Position numbers and translations under genes: made by a program. A model generated the notes under the pieces. The model had not been told where the DNA came from. It saw only the letters and a program-made list of their open reading frames with translations, and ran no database searches. From Octopus vulgaris (lineage: Eukaryota): DNA of 64,000 nucleotides. Below are positions 39,883-53,127 of the stretch, in pieces; the stretch's first letter is position 1; each line of letters starts with the position of its first letter. The stretch spans positions 5,828,001 through 5,892,000 of the forward strand of contig OX597822.1 of NCBI GenBank assembly GCA_951406725.2, written 5' to 3'.

Positions 39883-40753
39883 TACGAGGGGGTACCCAAA
39901 AGTAACTGGAAATGTTCTCTGTTGGACAAACCCATTGTAGTTCAGGCTTCCACTGCTAGATGCCACTTGATGTGATCCTCAGGCATCAGTCTGCCCACCA
40001 GTGGCATTGGGTAAAGTCATACTGCCACGTGGTGCTTCTTTGTTAGCAGTGCTTCCCCTCTGTTTGTTGGTTTTTGTGATGGCTGAAATGAAAGAGTAGT
40101 GTGCTTTTGTGAACTTCTGTTTTCTGTTGGGGAAAATGGTGGCCAAAACAGTTGCCATGCTTCAAGCAGCTTACAAGGATGCTGCCATGAGCAAAACTCA
40201 AGTTTACGAGTCGTTTCCATGCTTTAGGAATGGCCCCTTGTTGCTTGAGGACCAACCTCATTCAGGATGACCGTCGACCTCCTGAATGAATGAAAACGTC
40301 AGGTAAATTCATAAACTGATCTTGGAGTACCATCACCAAACAATTGATGAACTTGGCGTTCTGGAGCTCTTGCCAACAAATTTTGAGCGAAGAATTGTAA
40401 ATGAAAAGAGTTGCAGCAAAATTTGTGCCTTGCTTGCTCACGGAAGATCAAAAGTAGTCACAACTGAATGTGTGTTGTGAACTGAAAGAACAGTTGGAAG
40501 TTGATCTGGACCTATTTTTTAAGGTCAACACTGGTAATGAAAGCTGGTTCTATGGAATTTGCAGATGTAAAAAAGGTGAAGAAAAATATGACGGAGGTGT
40601 TAAAAGGCATCACTTCATAAGATTTCCATCACTGCTTCAAATAGTGGACATGTGCAGGCGATAAAAGTCTAAGGCAATAAATGTGTAACCATGTAAAAAT
40701 AAGTGAATAGAATAATACTGTAAAATTCTGGTTTCTTTTGGGTGCTCCTTGTA
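39883..40753 (+). mobile_element. Internally deleted mariner transposon
   Basis: TIR TACGAGGGGGTACCCAAAAGTAACTGGAA vs TTCTGGTTTCTTTTGGGTGCTCCTTGTA. Transposase remnants FCFLLGK..AMSKTQVYE, KRVAAKFVP, TGNESWFY. Confidence 0.8.
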
Positions 40754-41741
40754 CAAAGTATGTCTCAAAGAAGACAAGTTGTTGGGCTTGAAACTTATCC
40801 CTGGGGAGAAATGCCAATGTGGGATGGTTGTTTCTGAGGACTCAGTCATTGGACTTGATTTCTTGGTGGATAAAACTGAGAAAAGGCTAGGTTCCTGGAT
40901 GGTGAGTGGGGGTGGTCTCTATTTGTAAAGCTTGTCTCTTTCACAAAGCTGCAATCTTGGGTCAAGAAAAAATTAAAATTAGATGTCTGGCATTTAAAAT
41001 GTTGCCAGGCACTTATTGCCCTCTTTGAGAAGTACACCACGATTGGTGGAATTTTCACTTGAACAGTATGTAGAAAACTGGTGGTTGGGAAGTGCTATGG
41101 TATCCAAGGGAAAACTCTAGACATCACTGCGGTCAAACTGGCTGGAGAACTTTTGAACCAGTGATTAGTATGGATAATTTCCAGTTTGAGACAAATTCAT
41201 CAAGCATGGAAGTGCTGTCAAGCAAGAGCTTTTGAGATGCATGCAAGGCAATGAAACTGTATTGGATGCACCCAAATATTGCTGCATATGGATGCATTTC
41301 AAATAACTGTTGTCACATGTTGGATGAACTCATCTATCTGTTGAGTTCATTGTAAGCACCTCCCCATTACCCTTACCTAATTGAGCTCTGCGGGCAGTTT
41401 TCCATTGTTTGGTGACTCATTTGCGCAACAGAGGTAGTGTGGTGGATGAGGCTAGTTTATCAAGTTCCATTCAGAAAAGAAAGTGAGGATGAAAGATGAA
41501 GAACCCTCTTCTAATGAATTTGTTAAAAGTTGGGTGACAGTCGTGGAAACAATTATGGTGAATGTAACTAATTTAAGTATGTTCTTGTAGATTAAGAACA
41601 ACAGGTGGGTGAGAGCACCTGCTCTTGGTAGTCAGAGGGATCTTGGATCTGAGGTGTTCCTTGATTAGCTCTATTTGGAAGGTCTCCCATAATAGAAAGG
41701 CTGTGCCATCCATGGATTTATGTATTTTGTATACTATATAT

Positions 41742-42044
41742 ATCACGTGATCACATGACCGACCAGACCATCAGATGTTGTTACACATCACTGGTCACAA
41801 TGCGTTCGCATTGTTTTAGCCTTTGAATGATGCCACCTTGCTGGCTAAGCGAGCAGGCCAACAGAAGAAACAGTCGGAGGAGTGGTGAAAGAGTACAGCA
41901 GGGATCACCACCCCCTGCCGGAGCCTCGTGGAGCTTTTAGGTGTTTTCGCTCAATAAACACTCACAACGCCCGGTCTGGGAATCGAAACCGGGATCCTAC
42001 GACCGTGAGTCCGCTGCCCTAACCACTGGGCCATTGCGCCTCCA
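41742..42044 (-). mobile_element. SINE family D
   Basis: Match to 21521-21826. Confidence 0.8.
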
Positions 42045-42082
<38 letters not shown>

Positions 42083-42242
42083 TTACATACATATAAGAGG
42101 GAATTTACAACTATGTGGAAACCCTTATGCTAGAAGAAGATCTGCTATGGCCTTGCCACTAAGAATTGTTCTCTAGAAAATTTAGCAAACACCAGAAACA
42201 TAAGCGAGCAAGACAAATGAAAAGTAACAAAAATATAGATTA

Positions 42243-42317
42243 ATCATAAACATGTTTCACTATCAACAAATTACGTAATTTTACTTACATAATTTATCTG
42301 TAGATCTTCGGTATGAT
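42243..42317 (-). ncRNA. Hammerhead-like motif with variant core (CCGAAGA)
   Basis: ATCATA-CCGAAGA-long stem II-GAAA-CATG-TT-TATGAT. Stem I is perfect; the core has one substitution. Confidence 0.55.
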
Positions 42318-42549
42318 CGTCTAAACAAATATAATTTGCAGAACTACACGCCAGACATCAACACGAGGTCGAAAATGCATGCAGTTCTACCTATTCCAGT
42401 TGTGGTTATTTTTCAAAAGCCTTTGTTTTGGCGCGCTAAATTACCAGAAATAATACTGCATAAAATAATTCACTGCAGTAACCTTTGCCAGTTTGAAAAC
42501 GTATTAATTTAAAATTAAAATTTAAATGAGGGTAAAAAATTGGATATTA

Positions 42550-42583
<34 letters not shown>

Positions 42584-43271
42584 TTCTTCTCATTTCTCCT
42601 CAGTGTTTTTTCACGCAAAGCCTCACATACTGTAACCTATTTTTGTTATGTCCCCTTTACCTGGCACCCCTCTGATATAAAGAACTCTTCACCAGTATCG
42701 TTGTTGTTGTCTATTTGTTTTCAGCAAGTATGAATATGTTTATTTCTGCTTGCAGTGTTGGAATATAGGTGAATAAACTTTTAGAAGGATTTTCAAAAAC
42801 TGGTTGATATTTTCACATGCATAAGACATTTACAAGGCAAGTGAGTTTTTATATCATTTAAATCCCTTCCCATTTTGAAAATAAGAACTTCTGTTAAGCA
42901 TCACATTTCTTTTTTTGTTCAACTTGGCACTGAAGAATATTAACATTTTCCTCAGAAATTGGATTAATATTTTTTACACATTTTGTTCTCTAGTCTCATT
43001 TTACAAAGCAAGTGTTTTACATTTAATTGTATTTCTTTTATGCATTTCAGCCATGTGGCTATGGTCATGCTGGAACACTATCTCGATACATTTTTGTAAA
43101 CAAAAACAAAAAAAAATCTAATTGAACATTTTGGACTTTTTTGGTTTGATCGGTTTCACAAAGATATTAAATCAACTGAACAATGCTCACCAAAAAGTGG
43201 GGGTGGAAAAAAACAGACATTTCTTCTATAAATGCAAAGTTCAGAGAAAAGAGAAAAGATACAAAAAGATA

Positions 43272-43446
43272 GGCGCAGGAGTGGCTGTGTGGTAAGTAGC
43301 TTGCTAACCAACCACATGGTTCTGGGTTCAGTCCCACTGTGTGGCATCTTGGGCAAGTGTCTTCTGCTATAGCCCCAGGCCGACCAATGCCTTGTGAGTG
43401 GATTTGGTAGAGGGAAACTGAAAGAAGCCTGTCGTATATATGTATG

Positions 43447-43477
<31 letters not shown>

Positions 43478-43680
43478 TTGTCCCTCTAGCATTGCTTGAC
43501 AACCGATGCTGGTGTGTTTATGTCCCCATCACTTAGCGGTTCGGCAAAAGAGACTGATAGAATAAGTACTGGGCTTACAAAGAATAAGTCCCAGGGTCGA
43601 TTTGCTCGACTAAAAAAAGGCGGTACTCCAGCATGGCCGCAGTCAAATGACTGAAACAAGTAAAAGAGTAAAAGAGTAAA
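43272..43680 (+). mobile_element. SINE family A, full length
   Basis: Family match. Confidence 0.85.
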
Positions 43681-45772
43681 AGGTACAAACAAGCTTGTAG
43701 AAATGAAAATACCTTATATTCAAGAAAACAAAAAAGAAATGGTTTATTGAGTGATTCTTAGAACTTTCTCAGCAGCAGCAGCAGCAGGAGCAACAACAAC
43801 AACAGCAATAACACTGACACTTATGCACAGACATACAATCGTCTGAGTGAGAAATACTTCAGTAAATGTTTTGCCAGCTTAGTCCAAATTGTTTCAAGCT
43901 AAATATGGAAGCGGCAGAGTTCAAAACTAAAGGAAAGTTATATCTATAAGGACATGACCCACTTGTCTAAAGAATTTATTCAGAAGTGGCCAAGGAGAAA
44001 ACTAATGGGGCGTCTGCCGCAAAGGCATTTTTTCAAAATATGTCAGCCAAGATAAGTTAAATTGTCTGAAGTCGTAAGACTCCCTCTGTCCTCTTATTAC
44101 TATTCTTGTTTTTTCTTTTTATCTTTTGTTTCTTGTATTTATATTCGTGTGGCATCGTCCGTTTTTCTGTCCTTGTTTCGTATACATTCGATCCTTTTTC
44201 CAAGAAATCTAATGCTTGGAGCTTAGTTTTTCCTTGGGGCTGGCCGGATCGGAGCGATATCAGGATTAATCATCCGAAATTGCTAAGATGATCCGGTTCC
44301 TGACTGAAGATTAGAGGCTTCGAATGACCTGTCTTTTTTTCGTGTCGTCTCTTTGTGTAGTTTGCGTTCTTGTCCCATTTTATATATAAGTTTTGTACAT
44401 GAAGATTAACTTACCCTGTGCCCTGGAGGGACCAGACAAAGTAAGCTCTGGCAGGTGTCTACATTAATATCTTGTTTACAGAAAGCAGCAAAATATTCAG
44501 CATCATCTACCAGACCTTAAAGATCAAAGGTGCATCTCAGAAACAAGCAGAGATTCTGTACAAAAAAGCCATTCATAAGCTTGTGCTATCATACTGGGGC
44601 AATGTAATATACTCAGAAGAATTGGAAATGACATTAAATTTTGGCTCATTGTGGCTTTTGTAGTGCAATATGAGCAGATGATAAATGCATGAGTTGCAAG
44701 AAAAAGTATTTGGTGGTTGGTATCAGTATGAATTTGCAAATATTTATGATACCCCCATGACTGAAAAGCCATTCCAAAGATATGTTCCATTGCGCAAGTT
44801 GAGTGAAAGGTAACAAAACTGGTGATGCAGGACATAGATCCTAGTTGTTAAGCTTTTGGCAGAAAAATCCACTTGAGGACCTTCTGCCTTGAGGATCTCT
44901 AAAGATAAAACAGTAGAAGAGTAGCTAATGCAAGCAATAGAAGTTGTGATCTGAAGAGCACCACCAGTTATGTCACTGATTGTAGCTTTGTGGCTGGCTG
45001 GAAAATCGTCTATTGTTGATTCCAGAACCAAAAACTGACAACCTAGGCCTTGCCTATTCCTACTTCAGCACTCAGCACCACCATTGCTCTATTGACTTGG
45101 GGTGAGCAGAAGAGGGTAGAAGAATAAGAAGCTACAAACTGCTACTGAAATCCTTAGAAGTAAAACAAAAAAGGTATGGAAGGAAAAAGTGAAACCAACT
45201 GAAAGTGACTAAAAAGATTAAGGTGATCCCCACCTTGGGGTACCCTCGTGGGGTTAGAAGTTATGTAGTTGACAGTAATGTTGGCAGGATATACTGATAT
45301 AAGTTGCATTTTTGTTTCAGTGAATTTTCTCTCAAGACAGCTTTGTAAAAGAGAATGAATATAGACACATGGATAATGGACTATAGATAAAGAGATCACT
45401 AACTTGTTATTACTACCTGAAAGATGCATAACTCATGCATGTGGGAATTTCCACATGTGCCAACTCAAAAGAGATTAATGAGTACATTTGGATGGTGCAT
45501 CAGAACATTGATGGAAGCATGTTAGATAATCTGACTTAAGTTAGGCAAACTAAAAATAAAAAATGAAATTATATTTTGTTTTAACAATTTTATGTTTATG
45601 TGTAATCTTCAATTTCTATTTCCATGAAATTGTTCTATATTTCTAATGCGATTTAATATTTTCCTGCTTATATATTATATAATATCTTTGCTCTGCATCA
45701 TCTATTTTTTTTATATAATTTACTTGTTCATGCCATGTCTTTTAGTAAAACTCATGTATACAATGATGTAAG

Positions 45773-46990
45773 TCTGGTTTGGTCCAGACCTCTAGGTTGA
45801 GAAAAACTGGGATGACGTGACGAGCAGGGTAGCCAATCTCACCCAGAAATGGGCTGAGAGGAAGCTGTCCCTCAAAGGTTGAGTGAAGGTGGCGAATGCA
45901 TACATCACATCCGTCATCCATTACCACTTGACCGTCATCCCTTTCCCCATTTGCTGGTTGACCAAGCTGGTGCACTTACTCTTCTGCTTTCTGAGGAAGG
46001 GGGCATGTTCCACTGGTCAGGCACTCCATCTGCTGCCAACAGCCACTGAATGGAGGGCTGGACATGCTGTGGTTGCTGATGCACAGACATGCACTCAGGC
46101 TACGGCATCTCCAGCATTTCCTTGACAGTAAGCAGGTGTGGTCACCGTTTGTCTTACTTTTCTACAGCTTGTCTCTTTGATTACATGGATTAGGTGTAAA
46201 CTGAGGAGGGGCATTTGGCACCTCAAGTGTCATTAAGTGCTCACTACCCTCCAGGTGGGCAACACGGTCAGTGGTAGTCCCACTCTAGTGTTCTAGAGAG
46301 GGCTAGTGTAGGGAAAGTGCAACGATGTTCTTAGAGAAACTCTGGGCATTGATGAGGATTAACTAACCAGTCTGTTTCAGAGAACTTTAAGGCCTGAACC
46401 TATGGATAATTTCTAGAGATCCCTTGCCTGGCAGTGCTACCGAGGGGTACTGCCTGTTCAAGATAAACTTTACAGGCACAGAAGTACCATCAGCTGGGAC
46501 TGCCCAAGGTGTACCCAGAATGATGAAACCATTCTTCATGCCCTCGTCCAGTGTCCATGTATTGCTGACCTGTGGGTTTATGCTGAACACCTGCTGTCAA
46601 GTGTGGGATAGATCTGGCTATCAGTTGAATCCATAGTGAAAATTGCCCCGCTGCCCTCCTTTAGCTGGAGGGGCAGGCAGTTTTTATTTGTGTGCTGGCT
46701 GTAGCAAAAGCGGTAGTATGGTGGACTTGTCTGAAAGGGCTAAAGTCAAGTCAGACACTTTCCTCTTTGGCCAAGCCCTCGTTAACTTTTTCAAGTTTCA
46801 CTTGAAAAGGAAGTTTAGGGTGGTGAGGGAAGTGTTGCCTTCAAGCAAGTTTGTTGAAAGGTGGGTGAATGTTGGAAGAATGGTTAGTGTGAAAGGACCA
46901 ATTCTGAGCGTACACCTATAAAAAATGGAATTAAAGAAGGGCTTTTGCCCTGTTGATCAGGCACCTGTGGCTTTTGTGGGTTTTTCCACG
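45773..46990 (+). mobile_element. Old 5'-truncated Tx1-family ORF2 fragment (third subfamily)
   Basis: WFGPDL..KNWD, WAERKLSLKG, VANAYI.SVI.Y.LTV, PMDNF..SLAWQCY, CPRC..DETILHALVQCP, VNFFKFHLKRK. Stops and frameshifts present. Confidence 0.88.
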
Positions 46991-47787
46991 TGGACCTTAA
47001 AAATTAGTGGAAGTGTAGAAAGAGATAGTTTTGTTAGCAACAAATCAAAATACAGTGTAGTTATCTGTCAAAAGTCTTCTTTATGTCATCAAATGCTAGG
47101 TGTAGCTACTTACACTTAGCTAAGAACTTCTATTGCAGTTGTCTTACCAAGAACAAATATCTGAGGTAAACCACCCTGGTACAAGCTTGAACTGAATCTC
47201 ATTCAACCGAATTCTCTTCCTAGTCATTTGTACCGTTGCTCTTTCTGTCATACTCGGAACCTTGTCCGTCAATTTGATGCCCCAATACTTGTTTCTTTTT
47301 GGAGCTTCGCCTTTGCTTTTGTAGCCACTGACAAGGATACTGCTGCATCAATCATTGTGTATGACAATGCTCTGTACTACCTGATTGACTCTGTCTGTGA
47401 CAAGCACCAAATAATTTCAACACATCACTGACAATACATCATATTCCAATTGCTTTCCCTATCTTCATATCCTTTAATTATACTTTCACCATATAACTGT
47501 CAGCTTTAATAACTGATCTTTCTGTTGAATCTACTTGAAATAATTACTCTTTCTCTTGTGCGTTCTCCTTATTCAATAACATTTCTTAGTAGCACTTGCA
47601 AGCTTCTTTCTTCTTGGTATTAGTGAAGCTAAGTACACTGCTGTCGATCTGTATCTATTTTTTCCCATCCATTCACTCTGACACACTACCTGGCAAGCTG
47701 AGGCATCTCAAACCTTTGGTCTTCTCACTGCAAAACACTGGCACTTTTTTTATGTTCAGCCTCTCTTCAAATTATGTATAATTGGTG

Positions 47788-48238
47788 TATCATCATCATC
47801 ATTGTTCGACCGTGGTCGAGACAATGGAACTTACCATGCTAGGCCAGACTTCACGGTCCATCATGGCATTACAGAGGTCCTGTTGCTGGATGCCTGTATC
47901 ACTGGAGATTACATCAGGGTAGGAGAGTGTGCACCTTCTGGTATTGCGAGTAGATGGCTTCCAGAGGAGAAGAGTAGAAATTGCCTCTTTTTCAGCTCTA
48001 CAACAATGTCCAGCAAACTGGACTCTCTTACCTTTCACAAGAGATGACACAGGTGGTAGTTTCCCATATATTTGCATTTTGGTTGGATGGCGCTTCCACA
48101 AGAGATTTTGAGCTCTCATAAGGAGGCGAGTGTAGGTTCCATCCAACTGCCTCTCAAGCTTCTTTGATAACGTCCAGGTTTCTGAGCCATTTGGTAGAAT
48201 TGGTTCGACTGTGGCTTTGAAGATTTCAAGTTTGAAGT
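47788..48238 (-). mobile_element. RTE-like LINE 3' fragment with (TGA)n tail
   Basis: Highly similar to 3680-4392 without the SINE. Confidence 0.75.
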
Positions 48239-48447
48239 CTGGTGTATAGCAGCCTTCTATCTACCTGATATTGTTCTCTGCTCATCCTCTTCTTTCAACG
48301 TTTCCAAGCCTGTCTCTTAACTTTTTTCCATCTGTCTACAGTACCATTCCACCACTGTATCACATTCAGTCTAGTCGGAACCTTGCTCTGGCCATAGATC
48401 TGGTCTATCAATCACAGCAGGTTGGCTCATAGAAACTCTTCTCTAGT

Positions 48448-48662
48448 AAGGTAGCGAGCTGGCAGAAACGTTAGCATGCCAGGCAAAATGTTGAGTCTGA
48501 GTTCAAATTCCACTGAGGTTGACTTTGCCTTTCATCTTTTCGGGGTTGATAAATTAAGTACCAGTTATGCATTGGGGATGATGTAATCGACTTAATCCCT
48601 TTGTCTGTCTTTGTTTGTCCCCTCTATGTTTAGCCCCTTGTGGGCAATAAATAAATAAGAAA
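48448..48662 (+). mobile_element. SINE family C
   Basis: Family match. TSD-like AAA.TCTTCTCTA on both sides. Confidence 0.8.
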
Positions 48663-48899
48663 ATCTTCTCTAATGGGTCTCTATTTCTTATTCACTCTCT
48701 TCGTATGTGCTACCTTAGTCAAAAGTTTTGCAATATTTGCATGTATGAACGTAGCAAGTAGGCAGAATAGTTAGCACACCTGACAAAATAAGTACTAGTT
48801 GAATACTGACATTGATTGCTGGCCTTGCACCAAAATTTGAAACCAATATTTGTATATGTGCTAGTTTGTGACCTGTATATCATGTGACTAAATTAGTTC

Positions 48900-49262
48900 A
48901 AACCATGGGAGTTGCCCCTTGAGGTTGGTAGCGATGTGGCAGTTGGTGCTCTCAGAAATGCATTGCTTCAGTCGTCTGTGATTTGTAAGCCACACAGAGG
49001 AACAGGAAACGTAGTCTAATTTGAGAACTTAGGCTTTATGAGTTGGAACTGGGCCATAATGATGCGGAAACAAACAAAAATATTTGCTGTGTGAAAGGCG
49101 AAGGTGCACATGATCACAATATAGTAACTAGATGGTTCAAGAAATTTTGTTTGGGTTACAAGACCCTTGATAATCAGGCAAGGTCTGGTAGCTGTAAAAT
49201 TGAGGATTCCAAGGCTGTGTTTCATGCCATAAAGGCAAATCAATTAATTAGCATTCGACGGA
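48900..49262 (+). mobile_element. mariner transposase N-terminal remnant
   Basis: ELGHNDAETNKNICCVKGEGA..VTRWFKKFCLG..LDNQARSG (HTH region). Confidence 0.7.
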
Positions 49263-49515
49263 TATTTGCCCTCATCTTGTTTGTTGTTAACACAGCATTT
49301 TGGCTGATATACCTTCCAGCCTTCTTCAGGTGTCTTGGGGAAATTTCGAACCTGGGTTCCCATTCCTAAGGTCTTTTTCGATGTTATTATTATTATTTTT
49401 CATGTCATCCTCATACAGAATCTTGGAGTTAGTAGCCCACAGGCATGTGGCATAGTGATCAAGAGTGCGGTTTACTAACCACAAGATTCTGAGTTCAATT
49501 CCAAGCAGTGACCCG

Positions 49516-49604
<89 letters not shown>

Positions 49605-49797
49605 TAGTAATAACATTGAAAAATACCTTAGGAATGATAACCCAGGTTCAAAAGTTTCCTAAGACACCTGAGGAAGGCTGGAGGGTATATCAGCCGAAAC
49701 ATTATGGTAACAAAAAGCAAGATGAGGACAAATATCTGTCGAATGTAAGTAATGTAAATAATGCACATAATTCCTCATCTCTTAAATATAGAACTGT
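49262..49797. mobile_element. Penelope-like terminal sequence present as an inverted pair with decayed minimal hammerheads
   Basis: 49262-49395 is the reverse complement of ~49605-49738. Motif GACAC-CTGA(A/G)GA-AGGCTG..CAGCC-(G)AAA. Confidence 0.6.
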
Positions 49798-50099
49798 ATG
49801 AGGCTGCTTTTGTTTTAACTTGTCAAATAAAGCAAATAAGTTACTAAAACATTGTGAAACTTCTCACAAGGATACACAAACACACACACAAATATATATA
49901 TATATATATATATGTTATATAATTAGGGTTTAGTAAAAAAATTTACTTTACCACACACCGAACTTTTAGAAATAGCAGCCCAAAAATCTTAGCTACTTCT
50001 TCTATTATAAGAAAAATCTCCCAGACAATGCATACTCAAAAATAATTCACGCACGTATAGAGGGAAAAATAACGAAAGATCACACGTACATAAGATTAC

Positions 50100-50161
50100 T
50101 TGAGAACGGCCGTTTCTGGATTAGTTGAATATAAAGATCAACATTTCCTTCGTCAGCTCAA
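50100..50161 (-). ncRNA. Minimal type I hammerhead ribozyme
   Basis: TTGAG-CTGACGA-AGGA..TCCA-GAAA-C-GGCC-G-TT-CTCAA, with a palindromic GGCC loop III. Confidence 0.75.
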
Positions 50162-50184
50162 AGATTTCTTTTGATATATATATG

Positions 50185-50677
<493 letters not shown>

Positions 50678-50685
50678 TGTATATA

Positions 50686-50781
<96 letters not shown>

Positions 50782-50930
50782 CAAAAAGCAATAAAGATTC
50801 AAGTTAATTTAAATGAATTTACTTGAATATGGTACCTAACTTAGATGCACCAAAAAAAACTATACTGATTTAACAATACAGTAATGTGGGGTGATTATAA
50901 GCGAGAATGAAGCAACAAGAATGGATAGGT

Positions 50931-51021
50931 TTTTAGTACAATCGTTTCATACAAGGACAGGTTTTATTAAAAGTTGCAAAAATTACAGCATATAAACGTG
51001 TCCCGTACTCATCAGCTAAAA
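50931..51021 (-). ncRNA. Minimal type I hammerhead ribozyme with a long stem/loop II
   Basis: TTTTAG-CTGATGA-GTACGGGACA...TGTCCTTGTAT-GAAA-C-GATT-G-TA-CTAAAA. Confidence 0.8.
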
Positions 51022-51564
51022 TACATGTGAGTTCTCTAGACATCCTAGTGGTTGAGGCTATACTCATGAAGTAATGTAGATAATTAAGTAACATAAACAG
51101 ATTTCAAAAGTTCATTAAAGTTCTTTAAAGATGATGTACAGTCTTATCACAGAATTTTTAAAAAGTTTTAATAGCATCACAGAGAAGGTGACCTAATCCA
51201 TAGTGCACATATGAATTTCCAGAGATATGATGAGGGATTACATACTCACAGAAGACAAATTTATCCATTGTTAATTACAACGAGGTGGGTTTCAATTCAT
51301 GCTTATTAGCATTACAGAGAGGGTGAATTAATCCTTTGTATAGATGCACAATTTCCAATGGTGTAGATGTAAATTTCCAGAGAAATGAAGAGGAATTTCA
51401 TATTCACAGGCGATAAATTTATCAATGGTTGAACACAATAAGGTAGGTATCAATTCTTGTTATATGATTAGGTATTTGCCACATCAATCACATTACTGCT
51501 ATTTACAAGAGGCTGTAGCTATTTAACTTTTAAATATATATATATATACATGCATATATACGTG

Positions 51565-51901
51565 AAGGCGCATGGCTCAGTGGTTAGAGCGTCGAGCTTA
51601 CAATCATGAGGTTGTTGAGCTCGAATCCCGGACCGGGCTGCGTGTTGTGTTCTTGAGCAAGACACTTTATTTCACGTTGCTCCAGTTCACTCATCTGTAA
51701 AAATGAGTTGTGACATTACATGTGCCAAGCTGTATCGGCCCCTTTGCCTTCCCCTTGGATAACACTGGTGGTGTGGAGAGGGGAGGCTGGTATGCATGGA
51801 CGACTGCTGGTCTTCCATAAACAACCTTGCCTGGACCTGTGCCTGGGAGAGTAACTTTCTAAGTGCAATTCCATGGTCAGTCATAAACGAAGGGGGGGTC
51901 T
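51565..51901 (+). mobile_element. SINE with family B head and alternative tail
   Basis: Match to 28563-28896. Confidence 0.8.
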
Positions 51902-52007
51902 CAGATTTATATATATAAATAATAAAGGCAGCTTACTCAAAATTTACAACTGAAAGGCATGTATATATATGAGTTTGTGTATATATATGTGTGTCTGTGC
52001 ATGTGTG

Positions 52008-52032
<25 letters not shown>

Positions 52033-52042
<10 letters not shown>

Positions 52043-52381
52043 AATAAGTCAAAATAGAAAATGCTAAAATAATTTTATAAAGAACATTTCAGTACTGGTT
52101 TCAGTCATTTTGAGACCTTTTCAACTGTAACGATTAAATAATTAAATTTAGAAAAATTAAAAGAAATGTTTTTTTAAAGGTATATTTGTATATATTCAAA
52201 TATAAGTGGCATTTTCCTTGTTTCTGCCTTGCTCTTTAAAAAAACATTTCTTTTAATTTTTCTAAATTTAATTATTTAATCGTTACAGTTGAAAAGGTCT
52301 CAAAATGACTGAAACCGGTACTGAAATGTTCTTTATAAAATTATTTTAGCATTTTCTATTTTGACTTATTTTTTCATATAT
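52033..52381. repeat. Long inverted repeat (~145-bp arms, ~55-bp spacer) in a TA tract
   Basis: Arms are near-perfect reverse complements. Confidence 0.92.
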
Positions 52382-52407
52382 ATCAACTCGTGTGTTCCTT
52401 TTCAATC

Positions 52408-52451
<44 letters not shown>

Positions 52452-53127
52452 CACATATATGTATATATATTTATTAACAATGTATATGAAACAAGGGAGA
52501 GAAAGAAAGAAAGCCTATATGATTTGAGAGCATATGTACAATCCTAGCAGTTATTGATACTCTGAATAACAATAAACTGGCAGGATTAATAATTACTGAT
52601 TAGTTTAAACTTAGCACCCTTAGTTGATGTGGCTTCAGTGAGAAATGGGAAATAATTTGCCAAGTTCAATGAATTGCCATGTTGAACACGGTTGCTACTT
52701 CCCTAAATGAATCTTCACAGATGAAACCATTAGGAAAGAGAGGTAGAGGGAAAGTTGGAGACAGAGGAGGAGGGAAAGAGAAAGAAATAGGAGGATAGAG
52801 GGATATTATATAGTTTGTAGTAGTTAAGGATGTCTTTAATAAATAACAAAATCAGCACAAGTAATAATTATTTGATTAGCTTAAACTTAGCCCTCTTGGT
52901 CAGTGACACTTCCTTGAGTAGTGCAGAATAAAGCTCGACGTTCAATGAGCCTTTGTGTTGTACAAGGTGATTATCATCTATGAATCTTCACTGCATCAAT
53001 TACTATTCAAGGTTGCTGCCCTCATATTTTAAATGGAACAGAATAGGCATGCTGGGGAAGTGATACTGCTTGCCAGAAGGGTTGTCTCTAAATGTCGGTA
53101 AAAGTTACGAGTCGGGTGTAATTATCC

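Noticed and set aside
40850-41700. Possible decayed retroelement coding region (also ~5900-6480 and ~44430-44900)
   Set aside because: Too degenerate to assign strand or family by eye.
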